From: Prorocentrum cordatum
Taxonomy: Eukaryota
Assembly: GCA_963575745.1 (NCBI GenBank)
Contig: CAUYUJ010000001.1
Span: 1,240,001 to 1,304,000, forward strand
Length of the DNA stretch: 64,000 nucleotides
Direction: 5' to 3'
Shown here: positions 50,401-63,500 of the stretch, piece by piece
Numbering within the stretch: the first letter of the stretch is position 1
How the letters are laid out: each line of letters opens with the position of its first letter
Translations under genes and position numbers: made by a program
The notes under the pieces: generated by a model
What the model saw: the letters and a program-made list of their open reading frames with translations, nothing else
The model's database searches: none
Told to the model about the DNA's origin: nothing

Positions 50401-53400
50401 GCCGCCACCTGCAGCGGCCAAACCATCTGTCTCTCGCACTCCTGGGGAGATCGCACAGACCTCGCAGACCAGCCTCAGCTACCCGATCCAGACCTCCAGC
50501 TCCAAGCCCGTCGACTCCATGCGCCTTCTTCCAGCCCGCGACATGTGCGCCTGCGAGCTGCTCCAACCCGAGAGGCTGGATCTCCTCCTCAGCAGCTCGT
50601 CGTCGCATTTTCAGCACGTTGACACGGTCATTCTGGGCATCGACTGCATCTGTCCGCACAATGCGCCACGCATCCGATTTGCGAGCCATGAAGGTGGCAG
50701 GGTCTCCCACCGACGTCGTCGCCATCGAGGACGTAAACCCTTGACGCAGCGGCGCAGAGCTCCAGGCGAGGTCCTCCACGCCCTCCGAACCCATGCGGCG
50801 CTGGCCCTGCCGGAACGCCCGATGCCTCGAGCCACCTCGCATGATGCTACCATCTCAACAACAACCACCTCCTGACACACGCCCATGACGACCAGGTCGC
50901 TGGCGAGCTGGTCGTGCCCAACTTAGATGGCCCGCAGGTGATCAAGCGCCACGCGCGCGGTCCTTCTAACGCAGGGCGCTGGTCCAAGTGATACTGCCTC
51001 AGAAAGTAAGCCACGCCAGCCGCCTGACCCAACAACTCGAAAATGGCGCCCCATCCTTGTCACGAAGGAAGGGGGCCAGAACACGCCTGCACAGAGTATC
51101 AAGGATCGCCCAATGCTCAGCTCCATCAAGCTGCCGGTGCGCACGACCAGGAGATCTCACGACATCTCCCATCTGACACCGCAGCCGTTGCAGCGGCAGC
51201 TGAACGCCTTGCCCTCCTCGGGGGCCGCGCGGCGCCCAGCGCGGCAGCCTCCACGCGAGCCACCCGTTCGCCGCGGGCGACCGACAGGCGCTGCCGCCCT
51301 TGGAGACTCCAGGCTACTACCAGCGACTCAGCCACCGCCGCGAGCTCCAAGGCCCACTGGAAATACGCCCGATGACACACGTTCGCCCCCCCAGAGCTCG
51401 AGCGAAACAAAGTGCTCGCCCCGTGGCCCCTGGGGCTCTGCGGGCCCGATGATCTCGAGACACGTCCTACTTCCTCCTTTCCAAAGCCGCCCGCCAACGC
51501 GCGCGCGACTTGCCGGCGGGCCGAGCGATGGCCATTAGCGGGCGAGGGAGTAAAAGGGCACGGCGCGGCCAAACCGTCGAGGCTTTTTTCACGTTGACAT
51601 GAAGTCTGCAGCGCAATTTCCAAGGAATTGCTGCAACTCCCTTGACCGCGATCAGCTCCGCCACGCCAGCGGGCGCCACCACGTAGTCGATGAGAGAGCC
51701 TGGGCCCTCATCGCACGCGATTCCGAAGCCAGGGAGAACGACCCCCCCCCGACGCCCCTGAGGAAGGCGCCGCGCTTCAACGCAAGCGGGCCCAAATTCC
51801 AATCAGCAGCGCTACACCATGGGTCCGACACTGGAGACAAGAAGGCTCGCAGCGAAGCCCATCTCCCTGAGCTTGCTCCTCCGAACCCCTGCGCCGGGAG
51901 AAAACACGCTGAAATCACAATGAGGTTGCCAGCCTTGGGGCGCCAAATTGTGGGGACTCATCCTCGACGCGGGCCCTGACGCAGTTCCTTGACCAACAAG
52001 GCCCGATCCTTCTCCAGGGCGTTGGCGGCAAGATGACAAAGCGAGAGGGTCCTCTCTCCTCTGCGATTGCCTTTCTCTGAGCGACCTGCGCCAACTGCTC
52101 GGCACGCTGCCAATTTCCACCCATCAAAATCCAAGCTCGAGCGAAATTGGTGGAGGCGATATTGCGCGACGTGCGTCTCAGCAGACGCCATCACCCCGTG
52201 CCGAAACCTATTCTCCATTGCATCGTCGCGAACGCGCGGGGCCCACTCGGCGACGCCAGCGAAGAATAAGTTCGCTACCGTCGTCTCCTGCTGGGGTCCG
52301 CCCTTGCTGCCCTCAACGCGCATCGCCAGGTGCTTGGAAGTATCATCCACGCCCACTGAAGAACCACGCACGATGCCATCTCCACCCCGCGCGTCGCCCT
52401 TCTTCGCGGATCCAGGCAAAATCGGTGACGCTGAACCTGAAGCGCGCCCCATAAAGGGGTCTTCAGGATTCGCTCTAACGCCTGAATCCAGTGGCGACGG
52501 TGAATTTGACCGTTTCCCACAGCGGCTTCCTCCGGCTTGCACGAGAAGCAGGTTTCGTCACACTTCGAGCCCGTCCAGGGCGAGCCGAAGGACCCGCTCG
52601 GCGCGCAAAAACTTCTCCGAGCCGTAGAAGTTAGCCCGCCTGAGGCGCAAGTGGGGGGTCGAAGGAGTCGGCGTCGCAGCCTGCGCGGGCCCGCTGACGG
52701 CATCGCCCGCGTAGATCACGCCCTCGCAGGGATCGAAGCCAACATCCACGGCGCTGGGGCCCACGCCCCCCATCGCGCCGCCGCCCTCCCAGGCTCGGGA
52801 GGGGCGGCCTGGGCGGCAGGACCTGGGGGAACGCCAAGAGGGCTGCCGGCTGCCTTGGGCGGGGCGCCCTCGGGGGCAGCGCTGACCGCCGCCCGATCGA
52901 GCTGGGCCCTCGCCCCCCTGGCCCGCCTCGCTCTGGCCGCCGCCCTCGGGCCCTCAGCTTGGAGCTCAGCCGCCGAGTCCGCCGACGCCGAGCGCACTGC
53001 AGCTGCACTCGGCGCCCCCGGCGCAGCACCTCCCGCGGCAGAGCGCGGCGTCGCCTGCCCGGGGGCCGCCATCGCTGTCCGCAGAGGTCGAGGCGCCACC
53101 TCAGCCCGCGCCTCAGGCTCACTCTCCATGCGACGCCACTGAAGTGAAGCCTGAGCCTCCAGACACTTCATTCACCCCCATCGGAGGCGCGGTGGCCCTG
53201 GTCGACAATGGGCTTCGCCTGGTCCTTCGTCTCCCCCAGGAAGGCGACGGCGGCCTGGAAATTGTTCCTGTCCTCGGCGTCGAACACATCAGCGGTCGTC
53301 TACGACTTAGACATGTCCAGGTTCGTGACACATGATCGGCTGTTCCTGATGTACATCTACGGCGAACAGTGACAGGGGATCTTGCCGCTGCTGCTGGACA

Positions 53401-53800
53401 GCCCTCGCTGGGCCCTCCGACTGGTTGCAGGCCATTCCCCGTGGGCCTCCTCTGCCTCCGCCAGCTCTTGGGCAGCATTGCCGCAGTCATCGCGCGCCTT
53501 CTCGAAACGCAGCCCAAGAGCATTTCCGCGAAGAAAGTTGTGTGCGCGCGCGTCGCCGCCTGCTTCGCCTTGGTCTCCGTGGACTGGAGCTGCTCCAAGA
53601 GCGCGCGAGACTTGGCGACCAGCAGGGCCTCCGCTGCGTGCTAGATGGCCAGGACTGACTCCGTAACCGAGGGCTCGCGCTGCGAAAGGGCCTCAGGCTG
53701 GCTGAAAAAATCGTCTTGCCCCACGGGGTAAGGATCGCAGGCGGCGCAGCGGCAGGGTCAGCACTTCCCCCTTTGCCCTGCTCGCGACCACCACCCGAGG
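47460..53800 (-). mobile_element. Decayed non-LTR retrotransposon (LINE): ORF1-like coiled coil, APE endonuclease, reverse transcriptase, RNase H, C-terminal Cys motifs
   Basis: Minus-strand fragments in the expected order: ASAETH, ADWN, SLIDYVV (APE); LLDVEKFNDS, RGFVAGS, FVGD (=YxDD), SPKS (RT); TGSMAADIWAERAA (RNase H GN..AD); WTCEIC and FCTFCHAC. Many frameshifts. Confidence 0.8.
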
Positions 53801-54573
53801 GGTACTGCACCTTCTCATGGCTCTTCTGGTAGAGTGGCTGGTTCTGCCCACGGACTTTGCAAGCTCCTCCATTCTTCTCAGCTCTCCAATTCTAATCCCA
53901 GTGCCCGTTGGCCTTGCACGACGGAGTAGTGCATGACATCCGTTACTTGCGAGGCGGCGCCATGCTGCTGCTTGCACACTGGCCGGCAGGAAGTGGAAAT
54001 GCCTCGGTTTACCCACCGCCCAATGCACTTGGAAAGTGGAACGACAGTAGTACCCCGACAGGAGCTCACCAAGAAACTGGGTCTGGCCGCGGAACAGCGG
54101 TATCCACGTCGTTCCCACGGAAACAAACAGTTTGAGCCAAAATTGTTACAGAAGAGGCCAGGCGCAGGGGAACACGAAGCAGGAGGAGTTGACGAGGGGG
54201 GAAGATAGTGGATCAGGAGTCGGATAAGGATAAGATTCATGCTCGGAGTAATTACGGGGATGGCTCTACAGCGTCCAGAGCGACAGGGCGCACCCAGACT
54301 GGGAAAGATGTATCGGGCTCTGCCGTGGCCGCCGCTCGCTTCGGGCGGAATATTTTGTTTGTCAGAGCCCCCGCCAGGCTTCCTTTCGCTCTGGCGGAGT
54401 GGCGGGGTATAGCTGTCGTGGTATTCGCATATTGGCGAAACGGAATGGGAAGTCGAAGCAGAAGGGGAGCAGGAGCAGGAGGAGAGCGAGAGGAAGGGAG
54501 AGAGGGGGAGCAAATGAGATGAGGAACGGGAGGAGGCGTTTGGGGGGGTGGGGGTTGGCACGAATCCGCAGAG

Positions 54574-54699
54574 GTGTTTGTTGACCCCCGCCCGTGGGAA
54601 GCTGCGCCGAGGACCGCAGAGGCAGTCACCACGGAGACGACCACTGTAAGTGCATACAGCGAGTCGTGGGTCTGCGACGAGTGCTGCTGGAATGTTGAG
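54574..54699 (+). CDS. Probable upstream exon of the iron permease gene
   Basis: …SAYSESWVCDECCWNVE joins in phase to DDEPFLHNPGYMDC at 56421. GAGGACG occurs at both junctions. Confidence 0.4.
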
Positions 54700-55639
54700 G
54701 ACGGCATACCAACGAAAAGAAATGGTGACCACGTTTCCCAATATCAGAATTGCTTCCATCTCCGAAGTGTGTTGTTGTTCTTCGTGGAATCAGACCGCCT
54801 CATTCCTCCTCCCCCCTTCCCCCGATACTATTCAGGCGCACCCACATCCGCACCCATTCACAGTCACCCAGACCCAGACCCGTTCATTATCGGACGCACT
54901 CGCGCTCAGACACACCCATGCCCAGACCTAGTCAGACCCAGGCTCGGTCATACTCAGCCTCAGTCGCATTCAGGCGCACCCACACCCGGCCTCACCCACA
55001 TGCAGACTTCGCATACTATGGCCACACGCGCTCGGACCTGCGAATGCACATACATCATAGATTACCCTTTCTGGTGATGGGGACGCCATATGTGATAATC
55101 ATTGGACGCGCAAGTCAACGCACAAGTTGACACCCAGCTGAATATTAAGGTTGAGTTTCATCTATCCATATTTATGTATAGCATGTGTATATAACTATAA
55201 GTATATGTATCTGTATAAATATATGTGTATGCGTCTGTCGGTCCATCATTCTACCTGCTGGTGTATCAGGAGGCCTGCCTGTGTGTCCACGCGCACGTCT
55301 ACCTCAATGTCGTTACATATATATACATATATGTATATTCATAAAGGTGTCTGTATGTGTAGCTGCCAATTTGTCTTTCGTATATACCTATGTGTGGGTA
55401 ATATACCTGCCGGTCTGACCGATCAGTCCCAATTTCCATTCACCGCTCCCACTATCAATATCTCCGTAAGGGCTTGCCGCTGGCCTCCTTTCTAGCAGAA
55501 TGGGATATAGAAGAGCTGGAGCAGGATTTATTAGCGCTGTCTTGAAGAGATGCTGATGTTGACGCCAATTATAATAGTGATGGAGATACTGCTCATGATG
55601 CTGCTGCGGGCGCTGGTGTTGAGATGGTGAATGTAATGC

Positions 55640-56380
55640 TGATGGTGATGAAGATGATGCTGGGGACGCGAATACGGCGTAATGCACGTAGGATCGTGGC
55701 TTCGAGGACGCAAATATGGCGTAATGCACGAGGGATCGTGGCCTCGGGGACGCGAACATGTTGTAATGTTCGAGGGATCGCGGCCTCGAGGATGCGAATA
55801 TTGCATCTGTTATAAAAATCGCGGCCTCAGGATTCCAAATGTGCGATAGATGATTGCTTCGGGGTCGCGAATATAGCGTCATCTAAAAGAGTTTACGGCT
55901 TCGGGGGCGCAGACACTATATGATTTACGATGGGCCGTGGCCTCGAGGACGTGAACATACTATAATGTACTAGGGTGTATGGCTTCGGGGACGCTGTTAT
56001 TGAACAGAATACACCGGATTCTGGCCTCGAGGACGCAATTTTTGAACAGTGTCTTACCGATGATGGCTTCGGGGACGCGAACACAGCGCAATTTGCCAAA
56101 ATTACGGCTTCGGGGGACGCGCATAGCTCATAATTCTCGATGGATTATGATGTTGGGGATGCGAATACAATATAATTCACGTGGGTGTATGGCTTCGGGG
56201 GCGCAAGTTATCATATGATGTGCAAGCGAGTGTGGTTTCGGGAACGCAGTTGTTGCGTAATGTACGAGGGTGTATGGCTCGGGCACGCAAAAATCATTAT
56301 TTTCGAGGGAGTATGGGTCCGGGGACGCGAATACAGCATACGTCACGAAGGTTGATGGCCTCGGGGATGCAAATATGATG
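55640..56380. repeat. ~42-bp degenerate tandem repeat (…TGGCTTCGGGGACGCGAATA…)
   Basis: Directly visible. Confidence 0.85.
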
Positions 56381-56420
56381 CAATCCTCCTCCACATCCTC
56401 CTCCTCATCCTCGCTCTGAG

Positions 56421-58735
56421 GACGACGAGCCCTTCCTGCACAACCCCGGATACATGGACTGCATGTCGATCTACGGCCACCGCGAGTGGAAGAGCGGCTT
56501 GTGGATCCCGGAGGGCGGCGACTGCCCCACGTGCACACCTTTCTGCGGTTGCAGGTGGTGTGGTGCGGAGGAGGGGTGCGTTTCGGATGCGACGGCAACG
56601 GATGCGAATATCTATTTCTCGGTGCCTGCCTTTGTCGTGTTGTTCCGGGAGAGCCTCGAGGTCGTTTTGGTCTTGGTCATCATTTTGCAGTTCCTCCAGA
56701 AGAGCCAAGCGAATGGGACCATCTCGACCGCGCAGCACACAACTTTCCGGCGTGAGGTGTATGTTGGAGCCAGCATTGGTTTCCTTGCTTGCGTTGCGTT
56801 CGGTGTAGGCATACTTGCTCTGATCTCGTTTGCCCTCAAGGACGTCAAAGGCGAGACTCACTTGATATTGGAAGCCGCTCTGATGCTGATCACGTCGTGC
56901 ATCCTCAGCTTCATGGCAGTGAACTTCTACAAGATGATGTACGCCAAGGAAGCTCACGAAAGAAAGTTGGCTAAGATCATGGAGCAGACGCTGGAAGCTA
57001 GCACCGCTGCACAGGATGAAGCTGGACAAACGAACGCTTCCTTCGCCAAAAAGCACACGTTCTTCATGTTTGCATTCATGACCGGGTTGCGTGAAGGCTT
57101 GGAGTCGATCCTCTTCTTATCCGCCATCGTGGTTGACGCGAAGGCCATCATCTTCCATCTTGCCCCATCTACAGCCCACTCCTACCCAAAGAGCATGCTG
57201 CTCCCCGTCCCTTCTCGTCTGCCGCCCCTCCTCCCTCCTCGTGCTCTGGGTGCTGTTGCTGCTCCGTGTCGTCGCCTCCCTCCTGCGACCGCTTTTCTTC
57301 GTCCCCCTCTCTTCTCCTCCCTATTCTCCCTCGTGCTCCTCGCGCCGTCCTATTTCTCCTCCTCCTCCTACTCCTCCTCCTCCTCCTCCTCCGTCCTCCT
57401 CCTTTCTCCCTTTATCCTCTCCTCTCTGGTCCTCGCCCTTCTCCTCCTCCTCCTCCAGGACCTGTCCTCGCTCCCGATCCCCATCATCAGTGCGATCATC
57501 CTGGCCCGGATCGTGGGCTGGTTCTTCTTCACAGGGACAAAGAGGAGTGTCTCCTCCTGCGCCTCCCCCCTCATCGTCCTCGCTCTCCCGCTCCTCATCC
57601 TCGCAGGATGCCCGTGGCTGTGTTCATGAAGTTCTCTGCGGTACTCCTGCTATTCATTGCGGCCGGATTCTTCTCCATGTCCACGCACAATCTCCAGGTG
57701 TTGCCTTCCTCCTCCCCCTCCTCCTGCTCCTGCTCCTCCTCCTCCTCCTCCTCCTCCTCCTCCTCCTCCTCCTCCTCCTCCTCCTCCTCCTCCTGCTCCT
57801 CCTGCTCCTCCTGCTCCTCCTCCTCCTCCTCCTGCTCCTCCTCACCCTGCTCCTCCTCCTGCTCCTCCTCATCGTCGTTTCTCGCTTCCCCCGCGAGCGA
57901 TGTTCAGGAGCTCGGCGTGTTCGGGACGTGGACCCCGAGAGAGGAGCGCCCGTGGCAGAACTCGAGGCCGGACGCCGACATAGAACCGTCCCTTGGCCCA
58001 AGGGCGTCCCTAGCTTCGGGCAGTTCTTTGGCAGTGCCAAGGGGGGTCACCACCTCCTCCTGGAAATCGAAGATCGAGGAAGAGAGAGAGAGAGAGGGAG
58101 AGGGAGAGAGAGAATCGAGGATGCAGGTTTTGTTCACGTTTGCGGGAGTCTTTTGGGGAGGCGATCCCCCTTGGCGCTGCATGGGGTTCTGGGCGACTCG
58201 GGCGCCCTTGTGAGGAGCTCGTCCCCAGAAATCCGTTTGCTGCGACACAACCACGACGGAGGGTTTTCGGCCAGGGGGAACTTGCCAGGCCCTAGGGCGG
58301 TCAAGAAGCGGCCCGTGATGAGAAAACCATCCCGAGTGAGAGGTCGCTGGGTCTGTCCGTATCCATATCTTGAGCTCCGCGAGCTCCTTTGCGGCACATG
58401 TTTCACAATGGCGGATGTGAGTGATTCCCCGGCGTGGAGCATCGGGCGATTTCCAGGCTGGACATGCCAAGAAGGGTGCCTATTCCACGGCTTCGGTCCC
58501 AGGAGCCTTTTCCAGGCCCCGAGATGGACAACAAAAGATCCAGGACGAAGGGCCAATGTTGGGGAAGGGCTCGCGAGCTCGGAGGTCTCGGCCCAGGGCC
58601 GCCAGGGACACCTTGGCGCCAGGGTCTCTTTTCTGTGGGCGCCCGGCGAGGGTGTTCGATGCCAGGGCGTGTTGCGACGACATGGGGAACAAGTTCTGGG
58701 TGCTCATGCGGGCCATGTTCGGCTGGCAGGATCCC
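56421..58735 (+). CDS. FTR1: High-affinity iron permease, FTR1/EfeU family (exons 56421-57143, 57459-57544, 57607-57697, 57908-57966, 58651-~58735; 5' and 3' ends unresolved)
   Basis: Two REXXE motifs (VVLFRESLE; TGLREGLE), multiple TM segments, LLLFIAAGFFSMSTHNLQE and VFDARACCD…LMRAMFGW. Introns have GC, GA, GT and GC donors, and all joins are in frame. Confidence 0.92.
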
Positions 58736-58849
58736 AGTGGTCCGCTGAGGGGGGGGCACGGCTAAAGGCGGAGGAGAGAAGGGTAAGGATCTAGTCGTTG
58801 GGAGTCTGCTGGTCAACTTTTGCTGAGTTGACCGACCCCCGGCTTAATT

Positions 58850-60586
58850 ATCCTTGCGAAAGACCCAACCTTATACAGCTGTGAGTACCGCGTTGTGGGT
58901 ACCGTTTCTGGTGGAGCCCCCTGTATGGGGTCAACGAAACGCGTGAGGGGTGTGCATGCGGCCGCGGTCACCAGGGCGTTCGGTGGAGCTCCCTAGGGGG
59001 CCACGAAGCGCTGGACTGGGTGGGGGAGATGCATGCGACCGCGGCCACTGGGGCCTTCGGCGGAGCTCGTTATCGGGCCACGAAGCGCTGTACTAAGGGG
59101 GGGTGAGCGCATGCTGCCGCGGCATTTGGGGCTTTCAGTGCAGCTCCTTATGAGGCCACGGAGCGCTGCACTGTACGAAGGAGACGCATGCGGCCGCGGC
59201 CATTGGGGCCGTCGGCGGAGCGCCCATGTGGGGCCACGAAGCGTTGGGTGAAGAAGACGCATGCGGCCGCTGCCAGTGGGGCCTCTGGCGGAGCCCCCTA
59301 TGAGGCCACGAAGCGCTGGACTGGGTGAAGGAGACGCATTCTGCCGCGGCATTTGGGGCCTTCGGTGGAGCTCGTTATCGGGCCACGAAGCGCTGTACTA
59401 AGGGGGGTGAGCGCATGCTGCCGCGGCATTTGGGGCTTTCAGTGCAGCTCCTTATGAGGCCACGAAGCGCTGGACTGGGTGGGGGAGACGCATGCGACCG
59501 CGGCCACTGGGGCCTTCGGTGGAATTCCCTAGGGGAGCATGAACCGTTGTACTGGGTGTTGGAGACGCATGCGGCCGCGGCCACTGGGGCCTTCGGTTGA
59601 TTTCACTATGGGGCCACGAAACGCTGCATTGGGCGGGGCGGTCGCATGCGAGCGTCGCCGCCGAGGCCTTCGGCGGGTCGCCCTGGATGGCCACGAAACG
59701 CCGTACTGGGTGACGCGGGCGCATGCCAACGTCGCCTCTGGGGCCTTCGGTGGAGATATACATGAGGCCGCTCAACGTTGTACTGGGTGGTGCGCACGCA
59801 TACCAACGTCGCCTCTGGAGCCTTCGGTGGAGCTCCCTATGGGGCCGCGAAACGCTGTCCCGGGTGTCGTGGGCGCATGCCAACGTCGTTATTGGGGTTT
59901 TCGGTGAAGCTCCTGATAGGGCTCGAAACGCTGTAATGGGTGGTGCGGACGCATGCCAACGTCGCCTCTGGGGCCTTCGGTGGAGATCCCTATGGGGCCA
60001 CGAAGCGCTGTGCTGGGCGGCGCGGACGCAGGCCAACGTCGCCTCTGGGGCCTTCGGTGGAGTTCCCTATGGAGCCGCTAAACGCTGTCCTGGGTGTCGC
60101 GGGCGCATGCCAACGACGCCACTGAGGCCTTGAAACGCTGTACTGGGTGGCGCAGACGCATGCCAACGTCACTTCTGGGGCCTTCGGTGCAGCTCCCTAA
60201 ACGGCCGCGACACGTTGTAATGGGTGGCGCTGACGCATGCCAACGTCTCCTCTGGGGCCTTCGGTGGAGATCCGGAAGGGCCGCGAAGCGCTGTATTGGG
60301 TGGCGCGGATGCATAGCAACGTTGCTTTTGGTGCCCTCGGTGGAGCTCCCTATGGGGCCGCTCAACGCTGTCCTGGGAAGCGCGGTCGCATGCCAACGAC
60401 GCCCCCGGGGCCTTCGGAGGAACAGTTATGGGGCCACGAAGCGCGTGAGAGGTGCGCCGACATGGATGACATGCGGAGGGCAGAGGAAGGGATGGAAGGG
60501 TGGGAGGAGGGGGAACAGAGAGGGGAAGGAGGCACGGGGCACTGTCTCTTCAAAACGAGGATCCATCACAACAGGATGGTTAGGAA
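58850..60586 (-). mobile_element. Non-autonomous satellite-bearing element, copy 4 (inverted, diverged)
   Basis: Reverse-complement tail ATCCTTGCGAAAGACCCAACC at 58850 and head …CAGGATGGTTAGGAA ending at 60586, with GGGGCCTTCGGTGGAGCTCCC units between. Confidence 0.8.
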
Positions 60587-63500
60587 AAATTGGTGCGTAC
60601 CCTGAACGCTGCTACGCGGCAAGGAGATGAGGAGGGAAGAGGAGAAGAGGAATGGAGGAGGGAGGAGGTGAACTCGTGTTTTGATTGCCCCCTTGTCCGG
60701 CCGTCGTGACCACGGCAAGCGCAGCTCGAAGACACCCATGAGGCTGCATGCTGGGGGGTGCTCCGGAGGTCGGTTTTAAGAGGAAGCGGGGCGACAGTAG
60801 CGGCCTGCTGAGAGGACACGCCACTCCTTAGGATAACTCCCGCCTTCCAGAAGATCTTCATAGGAGCTCCCGAGATCGTGACCACTGCAGGGCGCAGTTC
60901 GAAAAACAGTCATGGCTGCACGCTGGGGGAGCTCTGGAGGTCGGTTGTGAGGGAAAGCGGGGCGAGAGATTGGCGGGGACCACACAGGGCATACCGCTCT
61001 TGAGGATCCATCCCGCCTTGAGGCCTTCATGGAGGCCCCCGAGATGGGGCAGAGACCCACTGTGCGAGACCCCCCTGCCTCCCGAGAAGTTGCCCTCTCG
61101 AAATCGGCCTCTGGAGCCAGAGAGCTCTGCCGGAGTGCGTCCAGGCAAGCTGCTCGGGCCGCGCCCCGCCGTGGCCGGCAGGCAAGTCCTTAAGCAGACT
61201 CCCGCCTCACCCCCTGCTGTGGAGGTCGATGAAGAAAAATTATCGGAGGTTGATGGAACTTTACAAAAGGGAGGTTTGTCCACTGCCGACAGTCGTACAA
61301 ACATAAATAATCGGAGCTCCGCGCGGATGTCTTGGGTCGGCGCCCAGGCCCCACTGGCGGCGCCTCTGGCGCCGCCCCGGGCGCGCTCCGCGCACCAGGG
61401 AGGGGGTCCCAGCGCCGACCCAAGAAACCCGCGCGGGCTCCCAAGAGATTATGTTTATGCCGCTTGATGTTCCTCGACAGCTGGCACGAGGATTCAGAAC
61501 GATCATACTTTGGGAGGGGCACCCTTGTGTTCTTCGCCGTTGCGCTCTCCACCTTGGAGTACTCTTCGTTTGGGATACCTCCATGGAGCCTTGGGCTCTC
61601 GGCGAAGGGGCCCATGTTCTTGATCCACATTCTTGTGACCTTGCTTCGATTATACTGAGCGCTCTGACCACTCGCGGCAGGAGCCCCGTCCAGACCCAGG
61701 GGGTGGGGTACGTGGGGATGGGGGAGCGCCGTCCCGAGGGGCAAGAAGGGGAATTCGCAGCCTCTTGGTAGGTCAGGGAACGCGGAGAATGCAGCAAGTG
61801 TTGAGGAGATTACGGTGCACCTTGTCTATACTCTCATAGATTTGCCTTGGCAGAAGCCCTTCCTAAGGATCCTTAGAGGGTGGTCTCAGGGCCATGTATT
61901 GTTCCGATGAGGCCAAAACCCCCCTCGACACAAAAATGGTCTGGACGTCCGTGGCTTGGGGGGGCTGGGACAGGGAGGGACAGTTTGCGCCCAGCGAGCC
62001 GCCCTCAGGCAGGTTGCGTTTTTGTCCCGGCCCATAACCTTCCCAACACAAGCCCTTCTCGCTCGAGCGCGAAGTTCGTTCCGCCGTGTGCATTGTGCGC
62101 AAGACGCTGGGGCCGAATCGGACGCCGCCGCGATATCCGCTGGGGCCCGCTGCGGTGCACTCGTGTGCGCCGGTGGCCTCGGTGCCCAATCGTTCGCCTC
62201 CCGAGCCGCTAAGCTCCAGGGCGGGCGGGGAGGCACGGTCTCCACCCTCGGCGGGCGACGGGCACGCTGTGCGGCCCTCTTCCTCGGCGAAGCTCCCGGC
62301 CAAGGGGCTTCCTCGGCGAGTCGCCTGCCGGGCGCAGGCCCATTGGGCCTCGCCAGCCCGGTGCCGGCCGTTACCTCCAGGGTCGGACATTCGGGTGCAG
62401 TGTTCGGCGTTGCGGGGTGGGATTTTCCGCAGCGCTTGTGCGCGCAGACCCGAGTCGCCCAGCGCTCCCCGTGTTCACCCTTCCTCTCCGAGCCCGAATC
62501 CCAATCAACACTTGAAAGGCTTGACTCTCTGAGCCACTGAGCACCTGCGCCCAGAGGGCTGGTGGGATTTCCCGTTCGCTATTGCGGGGCGAGGGCCCAC
62601 ACGACCGATTTCGGAAGCGCGCCCGCACGATGCGCGGTACTCTGCTCGGGATTCTTGTTTCCCTCATGCAGTGGCCAGTCAAGCTTCCCCGAAGGGCAAG
62701 CAGGGGATTGGAAGGTTTCACTTTCTGAACCACGGAGAACCTGCGCCCCGAGGGCTGGTTGGAGCGTACCCTCCCCGCCTCCTCTCGGCGGCGAGCGAGG
62801 GAGGAAGTGAGAAAGAGAAGGCCTTCTCAGAAGGCGGCGGGACTTCTCAGAAGCCCTCACGTCTTCTGAGAGGTTGTTTGTGTCTTCCGGGAAGGCTTTG
62901 AAAACTTCTCAGAAGGCCGGGAGGCTTCCGAGCCTTTTGAGAAGGCCTTCTCCTTCTCATTTCCCCCCCTCGCTCGCCGATCCTCGTCCTTCCTCCCTTT
63001 TCTTCGCCATGGGGGAAGCAGGTCCTGAGGGAAGCGGGCCCCGAGGTTTCCCCCCCGTTGTCGAGCTATCGAGGCCTTTCACAGGCCCCAGGACTGTCAG
63101 AAGACGGTTCCGGATGAAAAACCTGTCTTGGGGGAGGGCCCCGGGGTCCAGGACCCGTTTCCCTCAGGACCCGTTTGCCCCATGTTGACTCTCCCCCCGA
63201 GGAAGGGCAGACAAGTGGAGCCCCTGGCTCGGCCCCCGCACATCCCCCAGATTCGACAGTTGTCTGTGAGCGTTGGGCAGCACAGGCGAGTGGACAGCAA
63301 AAAGAACAGTGGAATCCCCTGGGCCCGCGCGAATCCGAAGCCAACTCTGAACCTGGGGCAGGGACTTTTTGGTCCTCCTGCGGCCAATCCTCCTCGGCAG
63401 CGGCAACCGCATCGCGGCTGCGGCTGCACTGAGTCTGGTAGCCCATCGCATTTGGGGCCATCATGTCGGGCCGGCCAGGGGCAACGACAGCGTGACGACC

